Positions 38,445-49,018 are shown, counted from the stretch's first letter. The stretch: DNA of 64,000 nucleotides from an uncultured Actinomycetota bacterium (GCA_963780245.1 CAWABG010000001.1:238375-302374), one strand, 5' to 3'. Notes: generated by a model from the sequence alone, not told the origin. Program-made: numbers and translations.

Positions 38445-39267
38445 CCAGAAGCCGGTCCTCGACCAGTCCTGCCAGGCAACGCTCGCGCTGCGCGACGTCC
38501 GGCCAGGCGGTGTCCAGCCGCCGAGCGGGGACGGCGCCCTCCGCGTCGCGCACCACGCCGAGCAGCCGACCGCGGCACTGCCGGTCGGTACCGGCCCACG
38601 CCTGAGCCGGCCGGGGCGGGCCGTCGTACGCCGGGTAGCCGGCCGCCCGCCACGCGCAGGACGAGGCGACCGGGCAGGCGCCGCATCGTGGTGCGTTGGC
38701 CGTGCACACCAGGGCGCCGAGCTCCATCAGGGCCACGGACCAGGTGGCGGCGGTCGCGTCGTCGTCGGGCAGCAGGCCGGCCGCCCGCTCGCGTTCGGCC
38801 AGGGTCGGCGAGCGCCCCGGGAACTCCACCCCCGCCACCGACCGGGCCAGCACCCGACGGACGTTGGTGTCGAGCACGACGTGCCGCCGCCCGTACGCGA
38901 AGGTCGCGATCGCCGCCGCCGTGTAGTCGCCGATCCCCGGCAGCGCCAGCAGGTCGTCGTACGACGCTGGCACCTCGGCGTCGTACTGCTCCACGATGGC
39001 GACGGCGGCGGCGTGCAGCCGCAACGCGCGCCGGGGATAGCCGAGCCGACCCCAGGCTCGGACCGCCTCGCCGGTGCTCTCAGCGGCGAGATCGGCCGGC
39101 GTCGGCCAACGCCGCAGCCACTCCTCGTGCACCGGCAGCACTCGCGAGACCGGCGTCTGCTGGAGCATGAACTCCGAGACCATCACCGACCACGGACTCG
39201 CCGCCGGCCCGCGCCACGGCAGCTCGCGGGCGTGGCCGGCATACCAGTCCAGGATCTCGTCGTGCAT
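38410..39267 (-). CDS. mutY: A/G-specific adenine glycosylase
   Basis: ILDWY...RELPWR, VSEFMLQQTPV, LGYPRRALRL, LPGIGDYTA, LDTNVRRV, 4Fe-4S motif CTANAPRCGACPVASSC. Confidence 0.95.
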   Translation of the reverse strand: MHDEILDWYAGHARELPWRGPAASPWSVMVSEFMLQQTPVSRVLPVHEEWLRRWPTPADLAAESTGEAVRAWGRLGYPRRALRLHAAAVAIVEQYDAEVPASYDDLLALPGIGDYTAAAIATFAYGRRHVVLDTNVRRVLARSVAGVEFPGRSPTLAERERAAGLLPDDDATAATWSVALMELGALVCTANAPRCGACPVASSCAWRAAGYPAYDGPPRPAQAWAGTDRQCRGRLLGVVRDAEGAVPARRLDTAWPDVAQRERCLAGLVEDRLLVRTGAGGYALP

Positions 39268-39330
39268 TGCACCAGATACTGCCCCGCGTGGCTCCGTCAT
39301 CGGACGGGCCCCCGCAACTAGCGTGCGGGC

Positions 39331-40047
39331 ATGACCTCGCTGACCCGAGGGCCGCTGCCCGCCAGCGTCTACTGGCGGCGCCGGGCGCTCATGCTGGGTC
39401 TCGGACTCGTGCTGGTGCTCGTGGTGAGCAACCTGTTCGGCGGCGACGAGAAGCCGAAAGGTGATGCGACGGCCACCCAGGTCTCCGGCGACCCGACCGA
39501 GGCCACCCCAGAGGACCAGAAGAAGAACAAGAGGCCGAAGAAGCCCAAGAAGCCGACCGAGCCTCAGGAACCGGTGCTGGCCCAACCGGACGGACCGTGC
39601 ACGGACTCCGACATCCTGATCACGCCCATGGTCGAGCAGGCGGTCGCCGGGCGGCCCGTCACGATCACGCTCCAGCTGCGTACGGCGACCGCGGAGGCCT
39701 GCACCTGGCGGGTATCGGCCAACCACGTGACCATGAAGATCACGTCGGGCGCCGACGAGATCTGGACCAGCCGTCAGTGCCCACGCGCGGTTCCGGTGGA
39801 GGACGTGGTCGTCCGTCAGGCCGTGACCACCTTCGTCGACGTGCCCTGGAAAGCCCGGCGCTCGGACGCCGGCTGCCCGATCCCCACGCCGTGGGCGCTG
39901 CCGGGCACCTACCACGTGCATGCCGCGGCGCTCGGTGGTGAGCCGGCCGAGGCGAGCTTCCAGCTGGAGCGGCCTACCGCTCAGGTGATCCCGCCCGCGC
40001 AGAACCCGGCCGAGCCCAAGAAGAAGAACGACCCGAAGACTCGCTAG
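39331..40047 (+). CDS. conserved actinobacterial membrane protein (Rv3587c-like position)
   Basis: GPLPASVYWRRR, one TM helix, Cys-containing extracellular domain; lies between mutY and disA. Confidence 0.75.
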   Translation: MTSLTRGPLPASVYWRRRALMLGLGLVLVLVVSNLFGGDEKPKGDATATQVSGDPTEATPEDQKKNKRPKKPKKPTEPQEPVLAQPDGPCTDSDILITPMVEQAVAGRPVTITLQLRTATAEACTWRVSANHVTMKITSGADEIWTSRQCPRAVPVEDVVVRQAVTTFVDVPWKARRSDAGCPIPTPWALPGTYHVHAAALGGEPAEASFQLERPTAQVIPPAQNPAEPKKKNDPKTR

Positions 40048-40391
40048 GTCTCGATACAGCCGGTCGCTCCCGCTCGCGGGCTCGCGGCAGCGCGTCCACT
40101 CGACCTCTTCACCCGACGCAGCCCGCGCTTGCGCGCGGCCTCCTGGGCTCAGACGTCTCGATACAGCCGGTCGCTCCCGCTCGCGGGCTCGCGGCAGCGC
40201 GTCCACTCGACCTCTTCGCCCGACGCAGCCCGCGCTTGCGCGCGGCCTCCTGGGCTCAGACGTCTCGATACAGCCGGTCGCTCCCGCTCGCGGGCTCGCG
40301 GCAGCGCGTCCACTCGACCTCTTCGCCCGACGCAGCCCGCGCTTGCGCGCGGCCTCCTGGGCTCAGACGTCTCGATACAGCCGGTCGCTCC
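40048..40391. repeat. 107-bp tandem repeat, 3.2 copies, REP/BIME family
   Basis: GTCTCGATACAGCC starts at 40048, 40155, 40262 and 40369; units nearly identical (A/G difference in TCTTCRCCCG). Confidence 0.97.
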
Positions 40392-40394
40392 GGC

Positions 40395-41474
40395 TCAGAC
40401 GTAGCGCTCCAGGATCGTCGACTCGGCCAGTCGGGACAGGCCCTCGCGCACGCTGCGGGCGCGCAGCTCGCCGACACCGTCGACGGCTTGGAGATCATCG
40501 ATGCCGGCCGAGAGCAGCTTCTGCAGGGTGCCGAAGTGCTCGACGAGCCGGTCGATCACGGACGACGGCAGCCGCGGGACCTTGGCCAGCAGGCGGTAGC
40601 CGCGCGGCGCGACGGCCCCGTCGAGGTGCTCGCCGGTGCCGAGGCCGAGCACCCGCGCAGCGGCGGCCGGGTCGACGAGCTCGGTCGCCGAAAGTGCCTC
40701 GAGCCGGGCCAGCAGCCTCTCGGGCTTGATCCGGCGACCGCTGGGGACGTAGTCGCGGATCACCAGCTCGCGCTCGATCTCGACCCCGGTGACCAGCTCC
40801 TCGAGCTGGAGCGAGAGCAGTCGCCCGTCGGTGCCGAGCTCGAGCACGTAGTCCTCGATCTCGCTGGCGATCCGGGTGACCATCTCCAGCCGCTGGGCGA
40901 CGACGGCCACGTCGCGCACCGTGACCAGGTCCTCGATCTCCAGGGCGGAGAGAGTGCTGGAGACCTCGTCGAGGCGCAGCTTGTAGCGCTCCAGCGTCGC
41001 CAGCGCCTGGTTGGCCCGGGACAGGATCTGACCGGAGCCCTCCAGCACGTGCCGGGTCGCGCCGACGTAGGCCGCGATGATCTGCATCGACTGCGACACC
41101 GAGATCACCGGGAACCCCGTCTGCCGGGCCACCCGGTCGGCAGTGCGGTGCCGGGTGCCGGTCTCGTCGGAGGGGATCGTGTGGTCCGGCATCAGGTGCA
41201 CCGCGGCCCGGATGATCCGGGTGATGTCCTTGTCGATGATGATGCCGCCGTCCATCTTGGCCAGCTCGCGCAGCCCGGTGGCGGTGAAGGGGACGTCGAG
41301 CTCGAAGCCGCCGGTCGAGATCTGCTCGACCACGCGGTCGTGGCCCAGCACGATCAGGGCGCCGGTGCGGCCGCGGAGGATCCGCTCGAGGCCGTCGCGC
41401 AGCGCGGTCCCGGGAGCGATGGAGGCCAGCGTCTCGCGCAGGCGCAGCACCTCTTCGCTGCGTTCGGCGGCCAT
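40395..41474 (-). CDS. disA: DNA integrity scanning diadenylate cyclase DisA
   Basis: [44 protein letters not shown], Hh[10 protein letters not shown]. Confidence 0.97.
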   Translation of the reverse strand: MAAERSEEVLRLRETLASIAPGTALRDGLERILRGRTGALIVLGHDRVVEQISTGGFELDVPFTATGLRELAKMDGGIIIDKDITRIIRAAVHLMPDHTIPSDETGTRHRTADRVARQTGFPVISVSQSMQIIAAYVGATRHVLEGSGQILSRANQALATLERYKLRLDEVSSTLSALEIEDLVTVRDVAVVAQRLEMVTRIASEIEDYVLELGTDGRLLSLQLEELVTGVEIERELVIRDYVPSGRRIKPERLLARLEALSATELVDPAAAARVLGLGTGEHLDGAVAPRGYRLLAKVPRLPSSVIDRLVEHFGTLQKLLSAGIDDLQAVDGVGELRARSVREGLSRLAESTILERYV

Positions 41475-41529
41475 CCCTCACCCCACGGTTGTCGAGCCTG
41501 TCGAGCACATTGTCGTCGGCCGGGGGAGT

Positions 41530-42948
41530 CTAACTGTCGTTGACCGCTTCGAGCGCCGCCTTAGGCCGACGGGTCAGGTCCAGCACCCTGAGCGCCGACG
41601 CAACGTCGGGCGTCGGGACCACCAGCATTCCGTCGACAGTGCGCTCCCGGACTCCGCCCCACTTGTCGATGTCGAAGGGCTCGGCCGGCACTACGGCCAT
41701 CGCGAACCCCAGCCTGGCTGCCTCGGCGATCCGTTGCGGCAGGTCGCGCACCCGGCGCAGCTCGCCGGCCAGGCCGATCTCACCCATCGCCACCACGCCG
41801 GCGGGAGGTGGATTGTTGAACGTGGCCGAGGCCAGCGCGACGGCGACCGCCAGATCGCTGGCGGGGTCGGCCAGCCGGGCGCCGCCGACCGTCGAGGCGA
41901 AGACGTCGTGGCCGGCGAGCCGGATGCCGGCGTGCTGCTGCAGCACCGCGAGCACCATCGCGATCCGCGACCCGTCGAGCCCGGACGTCGTGCGGCGCGG
42001 TCGCTCCAGAGCCGTCGGCGTGACCAGTGCCTGGACCTCGGCGAGCATCGGCCGCCGGCCTTCCATGGTCACCGCGACACAGGTGCCGGCCACTCGGCCG
42101 TGATGGTGTTCGACGAACAGGCCGGTCGGGTCCGTCACCTCGGTGATGCCGTCGGACGTGAGGTCGAAGCAGCCGACCTCGTCGACCGGACCGAACCGGT
42201 TCTTGATCGCCCGGAGCATCCGGAACCGGGAGTTGCGGTCGCCCTCGAAGTGGAGCACGACGTCGACGAGGTGCTCGAGCACGCGTGGCCCTGCGATCGA
42301 GCCCTCCTTGGTCACGTGGCCCACGATGATCGTGGTGATGTTGCGCGTCTTCGCCACCCGGACCAGCGCCGCGGCCACCTCTTTGACCTGGGTGATGCCG
42401 CCGGGTACACCCTCGACCCCGGACGCGCCGATCGTCTGGACGGAGTCGACGACCAACAGCGTGGGCCGGGTCTGCTCGATATGGGTGAGTACGGCGCCGA
42501 GGTCGGTCTCGGCCGCGAGGTAGAGCTCGTCGTGGACGCCCCCGGTGCGGTCGGCGCGGAGCCGCACCTGGCTCGCCGACTCCTCGCCGGTGACGTAGAG
42601 GGTCCGGTGCTGGAGTCGCGCGGTCTGGGCGGCCACCTCGAGCAGCAGCGTGCTCTTGCCGACGCCGGGCTCGCCGGCGAGCAGCACCGCGGCGCCCGGC
42701 ACCAGGCCGCCGCCCAGCACCCGGTCGAGCTCCGGGACGCCGCTGCTGCGCGACTGGGACTGCTCGACGGAGACCTGGGCGATGGGCACCGCAGGGCTGG
42801 TGACCGGCGCCGCCGACGTACGCATCGTGGGCGCCGCGGCCTCCGCAACGGACCCCCAAGCCTGGCACTCGCCGCACCGGCCGACCCATTTGGCGGTCTC
42901 CCACCCGCACTCGCTGCAGCGGTAGCCGGGCCGGGGTGTCTTCGCCAT
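41530..42948 (-). CDS. radA: DNA repair protein RadA/Sms
   Basis: Zn finger CSECG...CGEC, GEPGVGKST, KNRFG, GEIGLAGE. Confidence 0.98.
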   Translation of the reverse strand: MAKTPRPGYRCSECGWETAKWVGRCGECQAWGSVAEAAAPTMRTSAAPVTSPAVPIAQVSVEQSQSRSSGVPELDRVLGGGLVPGAAVLLAGEPGVGKSTLLLEVAAQTARLQHRTLYVTGEESASQVRLRADRTGGVHDELYLAAETDLGAVLTHIEQTRPTLLVVDSVQTIGASGVEGVPGGITQVKEVAAALVRVAKTRNITTIIVGHVTKEGSIAGPRVLEHLVDVVLHFEGDRNSRFRMLRAIKNRFGPVDEVGCFDLTSDGITEVTDPTGLFVEHHHGRVAGTCVAVTMEGRRPMLAEVQALVTPTALERPRRTTSGLDGSRIAMVLAVLQQHAGIRLAGHDVFASTVGGARLADPASDLAVAVALASATFNNPPPAGVVAMGEIGLAGELRRVRDLPQRIAEAARLGFAMAVVPAEPFDIDKWGGVRERTVDGMLVVPTPDVASALRVLDLTRRPKAALEAVNDS

Positions 42949-43016
42949 GAGGCGCACGCTAGGTGACGGCACCGACAGCACTCCTGCGCCACTCCGGACC
43001 CGCGGATATGCTGCGA

Positions 43017-43030
43017 TTGGATCGATCAAG
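43017..43030. promoter_or_regulatory. candidate LacI-family operator
   Basis: Near-palindrome TTGGATCGATCAAG with central CG, just downstream of -10 TATGCT and upstream of a LacI gene. Confidence 0.5.
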
Positions 43031-43053
43031 GACCGGCGGACCTGGAGGCGAAT

Positions 43054-44076
43054 GTGGCGGGACGGGGGCCCTCTGCCGCGCCCACGCTGGCCGACGTCGC
43101 CGAGCGCGCCGGCGTGTCCCGGCAGACCGTGTCGAACGCCGTCAACAACCCCGACCTGCTGCGCGCGGACACCCTGGCGCGGGTGCAGGAGGCGATCGAC
43201 GACCTCGGCTACCTGCCCAATCGCGCCGCCCGCAACCTGCGCACCCGGGCCTCGCACCTGATCGGGCTGCGGATGAGCCCGGCGCAGGAGGGCACCGCGA
43301 ACGCCGCGATGGACCGGTTCGTGCACTCGCTCGTCGAGACCTCGCGCGAGGCCGGCTACCACGTGCTGCTGTTCGCCGGCGATCCGCTGAACGCGACCGT
43401 GGGGTACGACGACCTCCTCCGCTCGACGGCGGTAGACGCGTTCGTCGTCACCGACACCTACCTCGGCAACCCCCAGGCCACCTGGCTCCGGGACCGGCGG
43501 GCACCCTTCGTCGCGTTCGGCCGGCCCTGGGACGACCCCGGCGCCCGGCACCCCTGGGTCGATGTGGACGGCGCCACCGGCACCGAGCTCGCCACCACTC
43601 ACCTGCTCGACCGCGGCCACCAGAGGATCGCGTGGATCGGCTGGCGCAAGGACTCGCGGATCGGCGAGGACCGACGGCATGGCTGGAGCCGGGCGCTGAA
43701 GTCGCGGGGCGTCTCCACCACGGGCATGGCGTCGCGGGTCGAGGACACGGTGCACAGCGGGCGAGAGGCCAGCGCGGTGCTGCTCGACGAGGCGTACCCA
43801 TCGGCGTTCGTGTGCGCGTCCGACACTCTGGCGATGGGCGTGCTGCACACCCTCGCCGAGCGCGGCTTGCACCCGGGCCGCGACATCGCCGTGGTCGGCT
43901 TCGACGACTCGCAGGTCGCACAGGTGGTGCACCCCGGTCTGACCTCGGTCCGGCAACCGCTCGAGCTCGCCGCGGTCGAGATCGTGAAGGCGCTCGAAGG
44001 GTTGCTCGCCCATCCTGCGGCCATCGGTCCCGGCGTGCTGCTGCCGCCGACGCTCGCCGTGCGCGGCTCGAGCTAG
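43054..44076 (+). CDS. LacI-family transcriptional regulator
   Basis: PTLADVAERAGVSRQTVSNAVN, LGYLPNRAARNL, VVGFDDS, LTSVRQP. Confidence 0.95.
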   Translation: MAGRGPSAAPTLADVAERAGVSRQTVSNAVNNPDLLRADTLARVQEAIDDLGYLPNRAARNLRTRASHLIGLRMSPAQEGTANAAMDRFVHSLVETSREAGYHVLLFAGDPLNATVGYDDLLRSTAVDAFVVTDTYLGNPQATWLRDRRAPFVAFGRPWDDPGARHPWVDVDGATGTELATTHLLDRGHQRIAWIGWRKDSRIGEDRRHGWSRALKSRGVSTTGMASRVEDTVHSGREASAVLLDEAYPSAFVCASDTLAMGVLHTLAERGLHPGRDIAVVGFDDSQVAQVVHPGLTSVRQPLELAAVEIVKALEGLLAHPAAIGPGVLLPPTLAVRGSS

Positions 44077-44774
44077 AAGACCTTCGACCAGAGGTTGACC
44101 GCGTAGTCGACCTCGACGCCCTCGTGGTGCGCCAGGATCGACTCGGCGACCTCGGGCTTGAACTCGATCCGCACCACGGCCTCCAGGTCGGCGCGCGATG
44201 AGAACCGCCAGCCCATGTCGATCGGGGTCCGGGTCCAACCGCGCATCGACCAGAACCGATCGATCACCTCGGGCGGCTCCAGGTGCGGGTAGCCGCGCCG
44301 GAACCACGCGCCGAACGTCGAGCGGGCCCCGTCGTTGTCGATCACGAAGGCGGTGCCGCCGCGGCGTACGACGCGCTCCAGCTCGGCGAGGCCGGGCTCG
44401 CAGCCAGGGCCGAAGAAGTAGGCCCACCGCGCATGGGCGATGTCCACCGAATCCGAAGGGAGGGGCAGCGCCTGTGCGGTGCCCCGCACCACCCGCACGC
44501 TCGACAACGAGCGATTACGCCGGCCGGCCAGGGCGACCAGGTCCGCGTGCGGCTCGACTCCGATCACCGACGACGCGGTCGCCGCGAACGTCGGCAGGTG
44601 ATAGCCGGTGCCGCAGCCGACGTCGAGGACCGTCCGCCCCTCCCAGGACGCGATCGACGCCATTGCTGCATCGATCCGGCCGTCCGGGTCCGCCGCCCGG
44701 TTCTCGATCTCGTAGGTGGCGGTGTGCTTCCAGATGTTGGGGCTCGGGACCGCGCCGGGCAGGTGCGTGCTCAG
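44073..44774 (-). CDS. class I SAM-dependent methyltransferase (start uncertain)
   Basis: PSPNIW, VLDVGCGTG, GVEPH, ARWAYFFGPGCEPGLAELERV; no ATG/GTG at the expected start, CTG at 44774. Confidence 0.85.
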   Translation of the reverse strand: MSTHLPGAVPSPNIWKHTATYEIENRAADPDGRIDAAMASIASWEGRTVLDVGCGTGYHLPTFAATASSVIGVEPHADLVALAGRRNRSLSSVRVVRGTAQALPLPSDSVDIAHARWAYFFGPGCEPGLAELERVVRRGGTAFVIDNDGARSTFGAWFRRGYPHLEPPEVIDRFWSMRGWTRTPIDMGWRFSSRADLEAVVRIEFKPEVAESILAHHEGVEVDYAVNLWSKVF

Positions 44775-44784
44775 GTCAGGAACT

Positions 44785-45423
44785 CTAGATGCGGACGAGA
44801 CCCTGCGGAGTCTGGACCTGGGCGGCGAGGATGCCGGGGGTGCCGTGGGGGGCAACCCACTCGACCTTCACGTCCTCGAGCGGCGCCTCGACCGGCTCGC
44901 CGAGCCATTCGCTGACCCGCTGCGGGTCGCCGGCGATCTCCAGGCAGGCCAGTGAGAGCGTGCCGTCGGCGCCCGCGGACGGGTGCAGCTCATCGGCCAC
45001 GCCCCACTGCACGAAGAACGGCAGCTGCGGGTCGGCGATCAGGCCGTTGACGCCGATCTGCTTCCACAGGAGCTCGGTGCCGTCGGGGCGGTGCCGGTTG
45101 CCGGCCGCCGCCGCGCGACCCAGTCGCTCCTCGACCACGGTGATGTCGTCGACGGACACGACCCAGCCGAGCCACCCACCGCCGAGGGCGGAGCGGGCGC
45201 GCACGGCCTGGCCGAACGGTGCCTTGTCGGACGCCGGGTGGTCGAGCACCTCGACGACCTCGAGGTAGGTGCGGTCCGAGAGGGGCATGATCATGTTGCG
45301 GGTGCCGAAACGGGGGTGCACGCCGCCGTCGGTGAACTCGCGACCGAGTAGTGACCCGATGCGCTCGGCCGTTCCGAGAAGACCGTCAGGACCGGCTGCG
45401 AAGGAGAGATGGTCGAGGCGCAT
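44785..45423 (-). CDS. VOC/glyoxalase-like domain protein
   Basis: MRLDHLSFA, GGVHPRFGTRN, YLEVV, LPFFVQW. Confidence 0.88.
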   Translation of the reverse strand: MRLDHLSFAAGPDGLLGTAERIGSLLGREFTDGGVHPRFGTRNMIMPLSDRTYLEVVEVLDHPASDKAPFGQAVRARSALGGGWLGWVVSVDDITVVEERLGRAAAAGNRHRPDGTELLWKQIGVNGLIADPQLPFFVQWGVADELHPSAGADGTLSLACLEIAGDPQRVSEWLGEPVEAPLEDVKVEWVAPHGTPGILAAQVQTPQGLVRI

Positions 45424-45500
45424 GTCCGTCATTCTCTGCAATCACTCGCGCGCTCAGGACATCGGGGTCCGGATCTCTTGACGTCGAGATGTCGACGCGG

Positions 45501-46262
45501 TCAGTGCGGGTCGGCCGGATGCAGCGCGAGCGCTGACCGGGACCGAACGTGTGCCTCGCAGTGCCGCACCAGCTCGTCGTAGGCCTCTTGTCCCATCAGC
45601 GCGACCAGCTCGGCTTCGTGGGTGACGTAGACCGGTTCGACAGCGACATGTGCCTCGGTATTCCCCGAGCAGTACCAGTCGAGGTCGTGACCGCCCGGGC
45701 CCCAGCCCGGCCGGTCGTACTCGCCGATCGAGACCTCGGTGTACGTCGATCCGTCCTGCCGCTTGACCTCGCGGAACGTGCGCCGGATCGGCAGCTGCCA
45801 GCACACGTCCGGCTTGGTCTCCAGCGGGTTGCGGCCCTGCTCCAGGGCGAGGCCGTGGAGGGCGCAACCGGCCCCGGTCGGGAAGTCGGCGCGGTTGTGG
45901 AAGACGCACGCCGACTGACCGTCGACCTCGAGGGTCAGGGTCTTGCGCTCACCCTCCTCGTCGGTCTCGATCCAGTCGCTCTTGCGCACCTTCCGGCCGG
46001 GGTGGAACTGCCACTGGTCCTCGTCGAGCTGCTCGACGTAGGTCTTGACCCGCTTCTCGTCGGCCTTGTCCGCGAAGTGCGCGCCGAGCGTGCAGCAACC
46101 GGTGTCGGGAGCGTCCTTGTAGATGCCCTGACACCCCTGCCCGAAGATGCACATGTAGCTCGACGTGAGCCACGTGAGATCGCAGCGCATCGTCTCCGAC
46201 TCGTCGGCAGGGTTCACGAACTCCACGTAGGCGCGTGGAAAGTTCAGATCGACCTCGGGCAT
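45501..46262 (-). CDS. conserved Cys-rich hypothetical protein
   Basis: [40 protein letters not shown]; conserved actinobacterial appearance. Confidence 0.8.
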   Translation of the reverse strand: MPEVDLNFPRAYVEFVNPADESETMRCDLTWLTSSYMCIFGQGCQGIYKDAPDTGCCTLGAHFADKADEKRVKTYVEQLDEDQWQFHPGRKVRKSDWIETDEEGERKTLTLEVDGQSACVFHNRADFPTGAGCALHGLALEQGRNPLETKPDVCWQLPIRRTFREVKRQDGSTYTEVSIGEYDRPGWGPGGHDLDWYCSGNTEAHVAVEPVYVTHEAELVALMGQEAYDELVRHCEAHVRSRSALALHPADPH

Positions 46263-46292
46263 GCTGCAAACGTACAGCCGTAGGCTGGGCGC

Positions 46293-47228
46293 ATGCGCCT
46301 TGGCGTTCTCGACATCGGCTCAAACACCGGCCACCTCCTGGTCGTCGACGCCCACGACGGGTCGGCGCCGCTGCCGGCGTTCTCGCACAAGCGTCCGCTG
46401 CGTCTCGCCGAGCACCTCGACGACAGCGGTGCCGTCCGCGAGTCGGGCATCGACGCGCTGATCGACTTCGTGGCCGAGGCGCTCGTGGTCGCCGACGACA
46501 AGGGTTGCGAGGAGATGCTGTCCTTCGCCACCTCGGCCGTGCGCGACGCGGTCAACTCCGACGACGTGCTCGACCAGGTGCGCGAACGCACCGACGTCGA
46601 CATCGAGGTGCTGGCGGGAGAGGACGAAGCCCGGCTGACGTTCCTCGCCGTGCGCCGCTGGTTCGGCTGGTCGGCGGGCCGGCTCGCAGTGTTCGACATC
46701 GGCGGCGGCTCGCTGGAGATCGCCGGCGGCGTCGACGAGCGTCCGGACGTGGCCTGGTCACTGCCGTTGGGGGCGGCCCGGCTGGCTCGGAACTTCTTCG
46801 ACCACACCCCGAGTGACGACGACCTGCGCAACCTCCGCAAGAAGATCCGGACGGAGATCGCCAGGGACGCCGGCAACCTGCTCCGCGGCGGCACCCCGCA
46901 CCGGGCCGCGGCGACCTCGAAGACGTTCCGTTCGCTCGCCCGGATCTGCGGTGCCGCGCCCTCCGACGCTGGCGCACTGGTGCCGCGGACATTGCACGTG
47001 GACGCGCTCACCGAGTGGATCCCGAAGCTCGTGGGGATGTCGGCCGAGGAGCTCGCGGACCTGCCGGGCGTCTCGCCGAGCCGTACCCACCAGATCGTGC
47101 CCGGCGCGCTGGTCGCCGAGGCCTGCATGGACATCTTCGACCTGGAGGAGCTGGAGATCTGCCCGTGGGCGTTGCGCGAGGGCGTGATCCTCGAACGCAT
47201 CGACAAGCTCTCGGTCCGCGACGTATGA
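46293..47228 (+). CDS. Ppx/GppA exopolyphosphatase family protein
   Basis: [43 protein letters not shown]; leaderless -10 TAGGCT. Confidence 0.94.
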   Translation: MRLGVLDIGSNTGHLLVVDAHDGSAPLPAFSHKRPLRLAEHLDDSGAVRESGIDALIDFVAEALVVADDKGCEEMLSFATSAVRDAVNSDDVLDQVRERTDVDIEVLAGEDEARLTFLAVRRWFGWSAGRLAVFDIGGGSLEIAGGVDERPDVAWSLPLGAARLARNFFDHTPSDDDLRNLRKKIRTEIARDAGNLLRGGTPHRAAATSKTFRSLARICGAAPSDAGALVPRTLHVDALTEWIPKLVGMSAEELADLPGVSPSRTHQIVPGALVAEACMDIFDLEELEICPWALREGVILERIDKLSVRDV

Positions 47229-47235
47229 GCACCGC

Positions 47236-48024
47236 ATGACGCGCGTCGGCCTGTCCACGTCCTCGGTCTACCCCGAGTCGACTGCGCATGCCTTCACGTA
47301 CGCCGCCAGCATCGGCTACGACGCGGTCGAGGTGATGGTCGGCATCGACGCGCTGTCCCAGCAGGTCTCGGCGGTCAAGCAGCTCGCGGACCACCACGCG
47401 ATGCCGGTGTGCTCGGTGCACGCTCCCTGCCTCCTGTTCACCCAGCGGGTCTGGGGCACCGAGCCGTGGGGCAAGCTCCAGCGCTCCGCGGAGATGGCGC
47501 AGGAGGTCGGCGCCGAGGTCGTCGTCGTACACCCGCCGTTCCGGTGGCAGCGCGAGTACGCCCGCGACTTCGTCAACGGCATCGCTGCCCTCGAGAACTC
47601 CACGGGCATCGCGTTCGCGGTCGAGAACATGTATCCCTGGCGGGCGTCGTCGCGGCGCGGCATGGAGATGTACCTGCCGGGGTGGGACCCCTCGGACGAG
47701 CCGTACGCCAACACCACGATCGACCTCTCCCATGCGGCGATCGCGAAGTCCGACCCGATCGCGATGGCCCAGCGGCTCGGTGACCGGCTCCGGCACATCC
47801 ACCTCACCGACGGCAGCGGCTCCGCGAAGGACGAGCACCTGGTGCCGGGGCGCGGCGAAATGGGCGCCGCGTCGTTCCTGAACCACCTCGCCAACACCGC
47901 GTTCGGCGGCGAGATCGTGGTGGAGATCAACACCCGTCGGTGCAACTCCAGGGAGGAGCGGGAGCGCGACCTGCGCGAGTCGCTGGACTTCGCCCGCGAT
48001 CACTTCGCGGTGACCACGACCTGA
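47236..48024 (+). CDS. sugar phosphate isomerase/epimerase (AP endonuclease 2 TIM barrel)
   Basis: LSTSSVYPE, VVVHPPFRWQ, AVENMYPW, HIHLTDG, DEHLVPGRG. Confidence 0.88.
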   Translation: MTRVGLSTSSVYPESTAHAFTYAASIGYDAVEVMVGIDALSQQVSAVKQLADHHAMPVCSVHAPCLLFTQRVWGTEPWGKLQRSAEMAQEVGAEVVVVHPPFRWQREYARDFVNGIAALENSTGIAFAVENMYPWRASSRRGMEMYLPGWDPSDEPYANTTIDLSHAAIAKSDPIAMAQRLGDRLRHIHLTDGSGSAKDEHLVPGRGEMGAASFLNHLANTAFGGEIVVEINTRRCNSREERERDLRESLDFARDHFAVTTT

Positions 48025-48026
48025 CC

Positions 48027-48365
48027 CTATTGCGGTCCGAGCACCGGCTCGCTCGCGCCCGCCGGTCCTGGCTCCTTGAGCTCGACGAAGACCGAGTGGC
48101 TCGGCGTGCTGCCGATGTTCTCGCCGGCATGGGTCTGGGCGCCGATCCACACCGCCTGCCCCGCCGTCAGTGACACCTTGCGCTCCTGGTCCCCCATGAT
48201 CAGCTTCCGGTCGAAGTCGGCAAGGGTCACCATGACGCTGTCCGGGTGGCTGTGCGGCGTGGTGCGGACGCCTGGGGTGTCCCGGTACTCCAGCACGCGG
48301 ACGCGCTCGTTCTCGAACACCACCTTGTAGTGGTCGGGATTGGTCTCCGTCGGGTCGCCAGACAT
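48027..48365 (-). CDS. small cupin-domain protein
   Basis: MSGDPTETNPDHYKVVFENERVRVLEY, HSHPDSV, HAGENIG, VFVELK. Confidence 0.85.
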   Translation of the reverse strand: MSGDPTETNPDHYKVVFENERVRVLEYRDTPGVRTTPHSHPDSVMVTLADFDRKLIMGDQERKVSLTAGQAVWIGAQTHAGENIGSTPSHSVFVELKEPGPAGASEPVLGPQ

Positions 48366-48401
48366 GCGGGTCAGTGTGCGTCTCGGCGTACCGTTTGCGC
48401 C

Positions 48402-49010
48402 ATGTCGCTGCCCCGGGAATCTTCTGTGCCCCGCGGCCGGCGCCCGGGTGCGCCCGACACGAAGGCCGCGATCCTGGCGGCCGCGCGGCACGGGTTCGCT
48501 GCGGCGGGGTTCACCGGTACGTCGGTGCGCGCGATCGCCGCCGAGGCCGGCGTCGACCCGGCGCTGGTGCACCACTACTTCGGCACCAAGGACGAGCTCT
48601 TCCTCGCCGCCCTCGAGCTGCCGGTCGACCCGCGCCAGGTGCTGCTGCCGGCGATCGCCGCCGGAGGTGTCGACGACGCGGCGGAGCGGATGGTCCGCGC
48701 GTTCCTCTCGGTCTGGGACGACCCGGAGCTCCGGGTCCGGCTGGTCGCGGTGTTCCGCGGGGTCCTCGACACCGACGGTGAGCGGCTGCTTCGCGACGGC
48801 TTCCTGCCGGTGGTCCTCGAGCCGATCGGCGTGGCGCTCGGCATCGACCGGCCCGAGCTGCGGATGCCACTGGTCGCGAGCCAGGTCGTCGGTCTGATCG
48901 TGCTGAGGTACGTCATCGGCGTGGAGCCGTTGGCCTCGCTGTCCGCCGACGAGATCGTGGCGATCTATGCGCCCACCCTCCAGCGGTATTTGACCGGGGA
49001 GCTCCCCTGA
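48402..49010 (+). CDS. TetR-family transcriptional regulator
   Basis: RGRRPG...TSVRAIAAEAGVDPALVHHYFGTKDELF. Confidence 0.93.
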   Translation: MSLPRESSVPRGRRPGAPDTKAAILAAARHGFAAAGFTGTSVRAIAAEAGVDPALVHHYFGTKDELFLAALELPVDPRQVLLPAIAAGGVDDAAERMVRAFLSVWDDPELRVRLVAVFRGVLDTDGERLLRDGFLPVVLEPIGVALGIDRPELRMPLVASQVVGLIVLRYVIGVEPLASLSADEIVAIYAPTLQRYLTGELP

Positions 49011-49018
49011 GCGCATAA

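Noticed and set aside
38410-40206. 598-aa extended MutY ORF
   Set aside because: The extension runs antisense through 39331-40047 and into the tandem repeat; MutY similarity begins near ATG 39267.
40048-40391. CRISPR array
   Set aside because: Units are near-identical over the full 107 bp with no unique spacers, and no cas genes are present.
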